Part shown: in pieces, positions 22,189 through 32,382 of the stretch
Layout: every line of letters begins with the position of its first letter
How positions within the stretch are numbered: position 1 is the first letter of the stretch
Assembly: GCA_963665115.1 (NCBI GenBank)
Contig: OY762007.1
Coordinates: 128,001-192,000 of the forward strand
Direction: 5' to 3'
Length of the DNA: 64,000 nucleotides
Source: an uncultured Rivularia sp.
GTDB lineage: Bacteria; Cyanobacteriota; Cyanobacteriia; Cyanobacteriales; Nostocaceae
Translations under genes and position numbers: made by a program
Notes under the pieces: model-generated
The model's input: the letters and a program-made list of their open reading frames with translations, nothing else
Told to the model about the DNA's origin: nothing
Databases searched by the model: none

Positions 22189-22243
22189 TACGTAGATTTG
22201 GATAAAAATTTTGCGAAGAAGTCGCAGTTAAATATGAAAAAAC

Positions 22244-22295
22244 AAAAAAGAGAGCTATTTAAACTAGCTCTCCAAACATCAGGGTGCATCTGATT
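22244..22295 (-). ncRNA. Putative small RNA, array copy 3 (most divergent)
   Basis: TGgTAAAAT; AATCAGATGCACCCTGATGTTTG; hairpin GAGAGCTA-gtttaaa-TAGCTCTC followed by T6. Confidence 0.72.
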
Positions 22296-22320
22296 ATCAC
22301 ATTTTACCATTTATGGCATG

Positions 22321-22335
22321 AGGGATTATACCCCT
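22321..22335. promoter_or_regulatory. Imperfect HetR-box-like palindrome at -35 of sRNA copy 3
   Basis: AGGGA-TTATA-CCCCT (one mismatch); 15 bp from the -10 hexamer at 22301-22306. Confidence 0.55.
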
Positions 22336-22466
22336 TGGTATTTTTTTTTGTAAAAAATTCTTTCAAAGTATTATACGAGTAATAAGAGTAGAGCTAATTT
22401 ATCGATCGATAATATCATTACGGCATATGCATAGCGGGATTATACGGATATTATCTAAATTTTCGC

Positions 22467-22522
22467 AAAAAAAAACGGAGAGCTACTTGGCAGCTCTCCA
22501 GATCATCAGGGTGCATCTACTT
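22467..22522 (-). ncRNA. Putative small RNA, array copy 4
   Basis: TGcTATATT; AAGTAGATGCACCCTGATGATCT; hairpin GGAGAGCTGC-caa-GTAGCTCTCC followed by G-T9. Confidence 0.78.
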
Positions 22523-22546
22523 AACATAATATAGCATCTTAGATAC

Positions 22547-22563
22547 GAGGGGTGACACCCCCT
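22547..22563. promoter_or_regulatory. HetR-box-like palindrome at -35 of sRNA copy 4
   Basis: GAGGGG-TGACA-CCCCCT; 15 bp from the -10 hexamer at 22528-22533. Confidence 0.66.
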
Positions 22564-22774
22564 ACTTATACTTTTTGTAAATTTTCTGTGAAGAAAGTTA
22601 GATAAGTTTGAAGATTGTACTATTTACTTCTTTATACTTAAGTAAAAATCGGGAATTAGCCGTTGCTAGATAAAGTATTCATGATTTTATGGGTAAAAAT
22701 ACTGTTTTATTGAATTTTGGCTAAAAAATTGAATACAGGGAGACGTTGCACTGCAACGTCTCTACATCAATTTT

Positions 22775-24260
22775 CTATTCAACCAAAGCTTTAAGTTTTT
22801 TGTCTACCAGTTGATTGGTTAACTTTGGATCGGCACGTTTTCCAGTTTTCTTGAGAAACCTGTCCGACGAAAAACCCTTTAACGTTGGTTTTGCCGCTGC
22901 GATATTTCTCGACTTCTTTAGGATTACCAGCTATTGCTTCATCGATCAGAGGTTCGAGTACTGCTGGATCTGTAATTAATTTTTCGCCAGCAAAAACATC
23001 TTTGGGAGAATCACCATTAAGTAAATCTGGTAATTTCTCTTTGGCTTTGGCATTACTAATCTCACCTTTATCAATTAGCTTAACCACCTCAGCTAAGTTG
23101 CTTGGGGTTAAATTAATTTCAGAAATATTCAGTTTTTCCTTGTTGAGATGAGCCGCAATATCCCCCATAATCCAGTTTGCGGCAGTTTTGGAATTTGCTC
23201 CTTTTTCTACAGCAGCTTCAAAATACTCGGCTGTTGCCTTCTCCTCGGTTAAAACTCGCGCATCGTATGCAGAAAGTCCCAACTCGGTTTCATAATAATG
23301 GCGTTTTTTCGCAGGTAAGTCTGGTAATTCGCTTTCCCAACTCTTTAATTGTGCGTCAGTTACCTCGATTGGAGCCAAATCGGGTTCGGGAAAATAACGG
23401 TAATCTGAAGAACCTTCCTTAACTCGCATACTAATAGTGCGTTGGGAACCTTCTTCCCAAAGACGAGTTTCTTGAATGATTTTTTCGCCAGATTCATTCG
23501 CTTCAATTTGACGTTCAATTTCGTATTCAATCGCTTTTTGAATCGCGCTGAACGAGTTCATATTCTTAATTTCAACTTTTGTGCCAAATTCCTCTTGTCC
23601 GACGGGACGAACGGAAATATTTACATCGCAACGTAGCGAACCTTCCTGCATATTTCCGTCGCTGACACCGAGATAGCGGACAATTCGGCGTAATTCTTGA
23701 GCATATTCGGCGGCTTCTTGCCCGGAGCGGATATCGGGTTCCGAAACGATTTCGATTAACGGGATACCGGCTCTGTTGTAATCTACCAAAGAATAGCTCG
23801 AACCAGAAAGGCGATCGCTACCGGCGTGAACTAGTTTTCCTGCATCTTCTTCCATGTGCAAGCGAGTAATACCAATCTTTTTACGAGTGGCGTTACCATC
23901 TTTGTCAACTAACTCAATTTCAATATGCCCGTGTTCGGCGATGGGTAAATCGAACTGAGAAATTTGGTAATTTTTGGGTAAATCGGGATAAAAATACTGT
24001 TTGCGGTCAAATTTGCTATATCTAGCGATTTGACAATTGAGAGCTAAACCTGCTTTTACGGCGTATTCTAATACTTTTTCATTGAGTACCGGCAATACTC
24101 CAGGTAAACCCATACAAATTGGATCGATGTTAGTATTGGGTTCAGCACCGAATTCTGTAGAGCTATCAGAGAAAATCTTAGTTTTAGTAGCGAGTTGACA
24201 ATGGGTTTCCAGACCAATTATCGCTTCGTAATCAGTTTTTACAGTTGTAGCAACAGTCAT
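22775..24260 (-). CDS. gatB: Asp-tRNA(Asn)/Glu-tRNA(Gln) amidotransferase subunit B; frameshift at ~22856-22858
   Basis: IGLETHCQL, FDRKQYFYPDLPKNYQISQ, DYRYFPEPDL; removing one base restores GQVLKKTGKRADPKLTNQLVDKKLKALVE*. Confidence 0.96.
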
Positions 24261-24831
24261 AAAATTTCAATATTCGAGCTTATATTGCAATCAATAGGTA
24301 TTGTAGCTGTTTCAAGCCAATAACCGATGGATGTTTACGCTCGTTATTATGGTGAGAATTCCGTCCACTGAGAAATTTTATTTGTAATTTCTTGTGGGAT
24401 AAGCATCCCTGCCCGTTTTAAATATCTATGATAGTGGATTATAGTTGTGTTTTTGTAACTTAATTTAAAGTATCTTTACGCCATAGCACATAGAGCCGAC
24501 TTTTACTTTCTTCGGAATTTGTGTATATTTGCGGTTAAACAAATAGTTTTTTACCTGACTTTTCAAATAATACTCTTTAGGTAGATGCACGACAAGCTAT
24601 ATAACTGTTATTAAATGTATAGTTACTCAGAAGGGTTATATCTTCAATTAAAAAAAATCGTTGCCAATGCATTTGTAAATTAAGTTAATTAAAGTATTTA
24701 TTAATTTATCTATTGTAACTTAAAATCGGATAAAAATAGGTAGCAATATGTTATTAGCAAGAGGTATTTAGATACTTAATTCTACTTAATTAAATAATAT
24801 CAGTCCTGCAATAAATAATAGAATAAAGATA

Positions 24832-25899
24832 ATGTCAAATATCTTAGCAATTATAGGAATAGTAATACTAATCTACACGACTTTTGATGTATTGGTAACA
24901 ACCTTAACTGTGGGAGGAGGAGGACCAATAACCAGTAGAATTTCTAGCGGAATATGGTGGTTAGTATTACAAATTCATCAGAAAAAATCTAGTCATAGAT
25001 TGCTATCAATTACTGGGTTGGTATTATTGACTGGAATAGCTTTAGCTTGGTATTTATTAACTTGGGTGGGCTGGACATTCATATTTTGTGCTGAAAATTC
25101 TGCTGTTGTGAATGCTTCTTCTAAAATTCCGGCAGATACTTGGGAAAGAATATATTTTGTGGGTTATAACATATCAACTTTAGGCATGGGAGATTACCAA
25201 GCTCAAGGAATAGTTTGGCAAATAACCACAGCGATATCATCGGCGAGTGGTTTCTTTTTAGTTACCTTAAGTATTGCTTATCTATTACCAATTGTTTCAG
25301 CAGCTTCAGAAAAACGCGCTTTTGCGACATATATTTCTTCATTAGGAGGAACAGCCGACGAAATTTTGAGTCGAGCTTGGAATGGTCAAGATTTTGGAGA
25401 ATTATCTTCACATTTAAGTTCTCTTACACCCACTTTAACTGACCAAGGAGAGAAACATTTAGCATATCCAGTTTTACATTATTTCCACAGTGTAGAACGA
25501 GCTAGGTCTTTACCTTTAAGTTTGATTGCATTAGATGAAGCTTTAACTTTACTACAATATGGAATTCCTCAGAAATATCAACCAGAACCTTCAGTTTTAG
25601 GTCCAGTCAGGAGAGCTAGCGCGGCTTTTTTGAAAACGTTGAAATCGGCTTATTTAGAACCAGCTTCCCATAACCCACAATTTCCTTCTTTAGAAATGCT
25701 GCGTAATAAAGGTATTCCTACAGTTAGCGATGAAGAATTTTGGGAAAATACTAAGATTATAACTAAACGTAGAAGATTCCTTTTAGCATTAGCAGAAAAT
25801 GATGGTTGGACTTGGGATGCTATTTGTTCTACTTTGACTACTAATAGAGCTAGTAGTTTAGATGATGAGACACTTATCGATGATGTGATGTTGCATTAA
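24832..25899 (+). CDS. Ion (potassium) channel family protein
   Basis: TM helices and pore loop IYFVGYNISTLGMGDY; HLAYPVLHYFH. Confidence 0.82.
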   Translation: MSNILAIIGIVILIYTTFDVLVTTLTVGGGGPITSRISSGIWWLVLQIHQKKSSHRLLSITGLVLLTGIALAWYLLTWVGWTFIFCAENSAVVNASSKIPADTWERIYFVGYNISTLGMGDYQAQGIVWQITTAISSASGFFLVTLSIAYLLPIVSAASEKRAFATYISSLGGTADEILSRAWNGQDFGELSSHLSSLTPTLTDQGEKHLAYPVLHYFHSVERARSLPLSLIALDEALTLLQYGIPQKYQPEPSVLGPVRRASAAFLKTLKSAYLEPASHNPQFPSLEMLRNKGIPTVSDEEFWENTKIITKRRRFLLALAENDGWTWDAICSTLTTNRASSLDDETLIDDVMLH

Positions 25900-25947
25900 T
25901 CGCGAATTGGGCATGGGGCATTGGTAATTGGTAATGGGTAATAGGTA

Positions 25948-26520
25948 ATGTTTGAGGCAATTGGGAACGGGATTAATAATGCTTTGGGGTTGGATGTTAA
26001 GGAATTAAATTTATGGCAGTGCGGATTAAGAGCGGCGGTTATTTATGTTTCTGGATGGATAATGGTAAGGGTTGCGGGGGACAGACGTTTTCTGGGTAAA
26101 CACGCTGCTTTTGATGTTGTTTTAAGTATTATTTTTGGCTCTACTTTAAGTCGTACTATCAATGGTTCGGCTCCTTTTTTTCCTACTATTGGTGCTGGGT
26201 TTGTGTTAGTAGGAATGCATTGGATATTTGCCGGAATTTCTTATCATTTTCCCAAAGTAGAGCAGTTAATTAAAGGTTCATCTCGCGTATTAATTCGTGA
26301 CGGTGAAATTAATTATAAAAATATGCGGAAGAGTCATCTGAGTGAAAAAGATTTAGAATCTTCCTTGCGTTCCCAAGCTAAGTTGACTGAAGTTTCACAA
26401 GTTGAACTTGCGCGTTTAGAAAGTAGCGGACAAGTTAGCGTTTTACCCAAAGAAAAACAGCCGCAAATTATTGAAGTGGCTGTGGAAGAAGGAGTTAAGA
26501 CTATTCGGATAGAATTGTAA
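25948..26520 (+). CDS. DUF421/YetF-family membrane protein
   Basis: 3 TM helices, FDVVLSIIFGS, LIRDGEINYKNMRK, ARLESSGQVSVL. Confidence 0.88.
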   Translation: MFEAIGNGINNALGLDVKELNLWQCGLRAAVIYVSGWIMVRVAGDRRFLGKHAAFDVVLSIIFGSTLSRTINGSAPFFPTIGAGFVLVGMHWIFAGISYHFPKVEQLIKGSSRVLIRDGEINYKNMRKSHLSEKDLESSLRSQAKLTEVSQVELARLESSGQVSVLPKEKQPQIIEVAVEEGVKTIRIEL

Positions 26521-26778
26521 TATATGTATTCTATAAATCAATTGTAGGCTGTGTGACGGTTACGATAAATTATCGAATATGACCAAATAAATGGATTCTG
26601 CCGTCACGCACCACAGATGTTGATAATGGAATGGTACGTTACTACAAGTAGGTATTTCACAACATCTTAATTTATCTACAACATTGATGTTGGGTTACGA
26701 TACGATATTATCAATTATCAGTATCTCTTCAAATTTATTTTCGCGTCTAACCCAACCTACAAGACTGGAACAATAATA

Positions 26779-27027
26779 ATGAAAATCGAAACCGAACAAA
26801 AAACAGCTAACAAAAATGAAAAGCTGAGAACTATTGCTTATAGCATGGATTTACTAATACCTGGAATTTATATCTGGTGTCCTTGGTTTGCATTAATAAT
26901 TGGTGGTAGTACTCCCGATGACAATCCTTACAAGTATCCTGGTATGATTCACAGTTCTACTGGTTTTGGGTTGGTACTACCAGGATACAAAATATTTACT
27001 TCTTATCAAGGTAGTTATGACGCTTGA
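26779..27027 (+). CDS. Small hypothetical protein (82 aa)
   Basis: ATG-started ORF whose end overlaps the next ATG at 27017; no family recognised. Confidence 0.6.
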   Translation: MKIETEQKTANKNEKLRTIAYSMDLLIPGIYIWCPWFALIIGGSTPDDNPYKYPGMIHSSTGFGLVLPGYKIFTSYQGSYDA

Positions 27028-27349
27028 TAAGCATACTATACAGGGATTAGCTGCATTTACTACTAAAACACTACCATCAAACGAATTTGAAAAAAGAATG
27101 ATAAATGCTGGGTATTTTGAAGTTGGAAGCGCACCAGCACAAGGTGGAAGAATTAAAGTATGGTGGTCACATGATGAATATCCCAGAGTTGAATCAATAT
27201 ATAGTCCTGATAAAAAGATTGTGTTGACTGCTTACAGCATATTTCATCTTTGTGTGGTACATTCGGACGGGCAGGGATGCCCATCCCACAAGAGTTTTGT
27301 AATATGAGGCTGTACCTCACTTGTTTGCAAAGTGCTGTATCATGTGTAA
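27017..27349 (+). pseudogene. Small toxin-like gene (75 aa if restored) interrupted by a MITE near its 3' end
   Basis: MTLDKH...KKIVLTA|MITE|YHV*; removing 27235-27339 gives act gct tat cat gtg taa. Confidence 0.65.
27235..27337. mobile_element. 103-bp MITE with TA target duplication
   Basis: TA|cagcatatttca..tgtggtaca ... tgtacctca..tgcaaagtgctg|TA; ends match the reverse complement of 5136-5236. Confidence 0.8.
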
Positions 27350-27743
27350 ACTCTACAAAGCATGACTTCTCATTAAAGGCGATCGCCACGTTTAATCTTT
27401 TGAATTTTTTCAAGCACTTCTTGCGCTTCAGTAAAACGCAGGTTGGGTTAGACGCACAAAAAATAATGGTTTTTATGAAAAATTAATCTTGCGTCGTAAC
27501 CCAACATCAATATTGTGAAATACAAACAATTAAAATGTTGGGTTACGACACGATATTATTAATTCTCCCTATTCTTCAAACTTGTTTTCATGTCTAACCC
27601 AACCTACAAATTAAAATTGCGGTTTTATACTCCGGAAATGGTGCGTTACGGCATTATTAAAATAGTAATTTAAACCGGAAATACAAAAAAACCCGGCTTT
27701 CTCAAAGAAAACTGGGTTTTTAAATCCTTACAAACTTACTAAT

Positions 27744-29156
27744 TTACAATTCCAAACACCACTTACGAAAATCATCACCGCGTACTTCAAAATTTTCATA
27801 CTGGTCAAAACTCGCACAAGACGGAGACAGCAAAACCACTAAGGCACCATGCTTTTTCGCTAATTCCAACCCGCGAGCAACGGCTTTTTCCATCGTTCCC
27901 ATGTCTTCGTAGTTGGAATATCCTTCCTCTTCAAAGCGTTTTGCAAATATCGGTGCTGCATCACCAATTAATAATACAGAAAAGGCTTTTTCTTTGATTT
28001 TCTCTATCCAAGGTTTATCGTTACCGGCTTTTGCAGCACCTCCAGCAATCAAAATAACTGGACTTTTTACCGATGCTAAACCAACTTCGGCAGCATCGTA
28101 ATTTGTGGCTTTACTATCATTAATAAAGTCAATTCCTTCCATAGTCCGAATATGTTCTAGACGATGGGGAACCCCTGCAAATTCGCTAATAGCTTGGTGA
28201 ATTGCTGATTTTTCAATTCCCGCTAATCTTGCTGCTGCTATTGACAGCAATAAATTCTGCAAATTGTGTTCTCCCACCATTCGCAATGCGGAAATTGGCA
28301 TAATTTGTTGGTCTTCCGATACAGATGCGATGTGCTGCGTCTCTACAACCCAACCATTCTCTATATAAAAACCTTTACCACCAATTAATTCATCTTTGCC
28401 TTTAATGCTCGTCCAATAAGCATCTTTCCAATCAGTTTCACCCATTTTTCTTAAGTATGGATCGTCACCATTGAAAACCTGCATTTGAGAACGATGCAAT
28501 AATTGCGCTTTGATATTGTAATAGTTATCTAAAGTTTTGTGACGCGCTAAATGGTCTGGGGTAAATGTCGTCCAGATACCGATTTTGGGGGTTATTGAGT
28601 TAGAAGATTCGATTTGATAACTGCTGAGTTCGGCGATTATCCACTCTAAAGGAGGAGGTGGAGAATTATTTTCTATCTCTTCTCCTTGTCCTCTCTCCTT
28701 ATTCTCAATTGCAATTTCAGTAGCAGCAAGACCAATGTTACCGCAAGTGGGTGCGTGTAAACCCGCTGTTTGAAATATTGCTCCGATTAATGATGTGACA
28801 GTAGTTTTACCATTGGTTCCGGTAACTGCTATCCAAGGAGTGGAACGTAAATTGCGCCATGCAAGCTCCATTTCCCCTACGGTTTCAATTCCTTTTTCCC
28901 GCGCTGCAATTAATGCGGGAATGTCCCAGGGAACACCGGGACTAACTACAATTAATTTCGGTAATTCGGTATCGTTTAGTTTCAGGGAATACTCTAATTT
29001 AACAGTGATTCCCTCTACAGCAAGTTCTTGTTGTTGTTTGAGGAGGTCAGGGGAGGTTTTTGTATCACCAATTTCCACCTCCCAACCCTCTCTATTCAAC
29101 AATCTCGCCGCAGCAACACCGGACTTTCCTAATCCAATTACATGAGCTTTAGGCAT
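27744..29156 (-). CDS. murD: UDP-N-acetylmuramoyl-L-alanine--D-glutamate ligase
   Basis: IGLGKSG, VVSPGVP, VTGTNGKTT, ELSSYQ, PHRLE, INDSKATN, LLSPSCASFDQY. Confidence 0.97.
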   Translation of the reverse strand: MPKAHVIGLGKSGVAAARLLNREGWEVEIGDTKTSPDLLKQQQELAVEGITVKLEYSLKLNDTELPKLIVVSPGVPWDIPALIAAREKGIETVGEMELAWRNLRSTPWIAVTGTNGKTTVTSLIGAIFQTAGLHAPTCGNIGLAATEIAIENKERGQGEEIENNSPPPPLEWIIAELSSYQIESSNSITPKIGIWTTFTPDHLARHKTLDNYYNIKAQLLHRSQMQVFNGDDPYLRKMGETDWKDAYWTSIKGKDELIGGKGFYIENGWVVETQHIASVSEDQQIMPISALRMVGEHNLQNLLLSIAAARLAGIEKSAIHQAISEFAGVPHRLEHIRTMEGIDFINDSKATNYDAAEVGLASVKSPVILIAGGAAKAGNDKPWIEKIKEKAFSVLLIGDAAPIFAKRFEEEGYSNYEDMGTMEKAVARGLELAKKHGALVVLLSPSCASFDQYENFEVRGDDFRKWCLEL

Positions 29157-29236
29157 AGACTGTAAGCAGGCCCTGGTTAAGCAACTTTATACTAACGTTT
29201 CTTGGCATAATTTACACCATGTTTTGTTGATTTTTA

Positions 29237-31388
29237 CTACAGATTTTTTACAATTGCGCCAAAATCAGCCAACACGCGAGCGTGGTTACGTAATAACCCT
29301 AGTAAATACAGACGATTTCGTTTAATGTCCGGATTGTCATCCATTACTAACACGCTTTCTGGGGCCGTCGAAGAATGTGCTAACTGTAGGTGCTATTTCC
29401 GTTAATCCTGCTATCAGTTGTTGGTAATTCCGCTGTTGTTGTGCTGCTTGGGTTTGCGGTACTAAGCCAACAACGGCGTTATAAAATGATTCTTCGGATG
29501 ATTTCTGAAATAAGTCTTTTTGTACTAAATTGCCCGGTTCGAGCTGTTGGGTATCTAAATCGCCTTGGGCTGCTAATCTCGTGGAACGATTTACCGTTTC
29601 GTAGATTTTATCTAAGGTGCCGTTGTTACGAATTTCTTGTAGGAATAAAGCGCGATCGCGAACGTCTAGTAAGTCTTGTAATGCCCGCTCAGTATACTCT
29701 TTGTCGTTTTCTCCCAATACTGCATTAACTAAATCGTAGTCGATATGTTTTTCATCTTGTAACAACGTGCGGATGCGTTGTAAGAAGAAATCTTCTAAAG
29801 AAGCGACTAATTCGGCTTTATCTTTATTATGTGTATTCGCAAATTCCGTTGCAGTTTCTGCGAGCAACTGCTGTAAGTTAATTGCTAAATCGCCATCCCA
29901 AATAATATTAACAATAGCAGTCGCGGCTCTCCGTAATGCGAAGGGATCGGAGGAACCCGTGGGAATCATTCCCAAACCAAAAATACTTACTAAGGTATCA
30001 ACTCTATCTGCAATAGCAACAACTCTACCCGTAACAGTTTGCGGTAAAATATCATCCGCACCTCTGGGTAAATAATGTTCAAAAATCGCATCGGCTACAG
30101 CTTCCGGTTCGTTACTTTTGACAGCGTATTTTTGACCCATAATTCCCTGCAATTCCGGGAATTCATACACCATTGAACTAACTAAATCGGCTTTACATAA
30201 TAAAGCTGCTCTTTGAATATATTCTTGTTGTTGAGAATCTAAATTTAACTGCTTTGAAATTCTTTGAGCAACCGTACAGATTCTATCAACCTTTTGCCGT
30301 AAAGAACCCAAATCTTCCTGAAAAGTTACCGTTTCTAATTGCGGTAAAAAGCTTGACAAAGATTGCTTAATGTCCTTATCGTAAAAATATCTACCGTCAG
30401 ATAAACGAGCGCGAATTACCCTTTCATTACCTTTCGCAATGATATCTGATTTTTTCGGGTCGCCATTAGAAACCGTAATAAAATAAGGCAGCAATTCTTT
30501 ACTATTCTCAGCTTTAAACACCGGAAAATACTTTTGATGAGAAACCATCACCGTGGTAATAACTTCCGGTGGTAGCTCCAAAAATTCCGGTTCAAAATTA
30601 CCCACAACAGCAGAAGGATATTCGACTAAATTAACAACTTCTTCTAATAAATCGGGATAAATTTGAGCGTAACCATTATATTTCTTCGCAGCTTCTTGTA
30701 CCTGTTGAGTTATGGTATTAACTCGGGTTTGTGTATCTGCAACCACGGAAGCGGAATACAAAGTATCAATATAAAAGATAGGTTGAGCAATAGTTACGTC
30801 ATTTGGATGCAATACCCGATGTCCCCTGGAAGTATTACCGCTTTTGACAACTTCCGAATTATTTTCGATTTCCAACGGTAAAACTTTATCATCTAATAAA
30901 GCCACCAACCAGCGAATTGGACGAGAAAACTTTAAATCCCCGTCACTCCACCGCATTAACCGCTTACCTTCTAACTTAAAAATCCAATTGGGAATTGCTT
31001 CGGCGAGAATATCAGCAGTAGATTGTCCTTTGATGCTTTTCTTAACAAAAACAAAATCACCTTTATCCGTAGGACGAATTTCTAAAGCGGAAACATCAAC
31101 ACCTTGCTTTTTCGCGAAACCTTCCGCCGCCTTAGTGGGCTTGTCATCCTTAAAAGCAGCCTTCGCGGGTGGCCCCTTTACTTCCTCTTCCCTATCCGCT
31201 TGCTGTTGCGGTAAACCTTTGATTAACACAGCTAACCTGCGGGGAGTACCGTAAATCTCTACCGCATCAGTGTCAAGAAAATTTTCCTTTAAAGATTCGG
31301 GAATAAGCTGCTTCCACTGAGTTAAAGCACCGCTCAAAAAGCTTGCAGGTAACTCTTCCGTTCCGACTTCCAATAAAAAATTAGCCAT
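29237..31388 (-). CDS. glyS: Glycine--tRNA ligase beta subunit; frameshift at ~29361-29364
   Basis: [46 protein letters not shown]; removing one base restores [22 protein letters not shown]...[10 protein letters not shown]. Confidence 0.96.
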
Positions 31389-31558
31389 AACACACGCGAA
31401 TATCTTTCACAATTTCAACAGTTTACCGTGGGTTTTGGTTTGGTTGGTGGGATTGGGGATAATATATTTTTTTAAACGCAGAGGAGCGCGGAGGTTAACG
31501 CAGAGGAACGCTGAGGGAGAATTTTTTAGTAATACAGTATGAGGAAGAGGTATAAAAT

Positions 31559-31849
31559 ATGGATGCTGAGTATGATTTTAGTCAAGGTAAACGTGGTGCG
31601 ATCGAGCCTACAGGCGAAGGTAAAACAAGGATTACAATTCGCTTAGATGATGATATTTTGACATGGTTCCGCGAACAAGTTCATCTTGCTGGTGGTGGAA
31701 ACTATCAGACTTTGATAAATAATGCGTTACGTGAATATGTGCAACAGCGTAGAGAACCTTTAGAGGAAATTTTACGGCGCGTTGTACGGGAAGAGTTGAG
31801 TCAGATAAATTTCAAGCAGCGAGATGGATGGGAGAGCATGACGCACTAA
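31559..31849 (+). CDS. BrnA-family antitoxin (no brnT seen); 3' end runs into a foreign fragment
   Basis: MDAEYDFSQGKRG, KTRITIRLDDDILTWFR, NYQTLINNALREY. Confidence 0.85.
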   Translation: MDAEYDFSQGKRGAIEPTGEGKTRITIRLDDDILTWFREQVHLAGGGNYQTLINNALREYVQQRREPLEEILRRVVREELSQINFKQRDGWESMTH

Positions 31850-32292
31850 GTTTTTGTCCTCATATAGGAATTGCTAGTGGGCTTGTTACGGTTGGATATG
31901 TAGGCACACCTCTTAAATATAGCTGTTCGGTATTTGGAACACCTGTTACCTATGCAAACCGATGTACATCAGTCAAGCCTGAAATAAAAGATATGGTTTC
32001 CAGCAGCATTGTTTTTCCTGCCGATGAATGGCAGAACAGAAATTTTGAACAAGTTATACCCTGTCAAAAGATAAAATTGTCAGATGGAAAAATTCAAGAG
32101 ATGCCACAAAGCTGGCAATTATTAGAACCTAGAACCGTCGAATTAAGAAATATTGGAGATTTTCAAATTCGTGAAATTGTTAATTCGATAGTTAGTTTTC
32201 CTATGCAGACTATGGAAGAACGTGCCAAAGAGGCATTGAAACAGTTAGGTGAAAATGGGCTTTATCGACCATCAAAAACAAATAAGCTTTAG
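31810..32292 (+). pseudogene. C-terminal fragment of a class III nucleotidyl (adenylate/guanylate) cyclase-like protein
   Basis: HIGIASGLVTVGYVG...SVFGTPVTYANRC resembles the second half of the cyclase domain; the metal-binding N-terminal half is absent. Confidence 0.6.
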
Positions 32293-32382
32293 CTTGTTTT
32301 CCTTTAGTAAAACCAATTCCTCAACCGCAATTCCCCTAAACTCCGCTAAAGTTATGATTATATAGTTAGAAACGGTATCTCA

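Noticed and set aside
21921..22563. Possible CRISPR array
   Set aside because: Units are ~95-bp promoter-RNA-terminator cassettes with irregular 148-227 bp periods; no constant-length spacers and no cas genes.
27373..27436. Minus-strand frame FTEAQEVLEKIQKIKRGDRL*
   Set aside because: Possibly a 3' gene remnant, but too short to assign.
22775..31388. Programmed frameshifting in gatB or glyS
   Set aside because: No slippery heptamer at the breaks, and the same error pattern recurs in unrelated genes.
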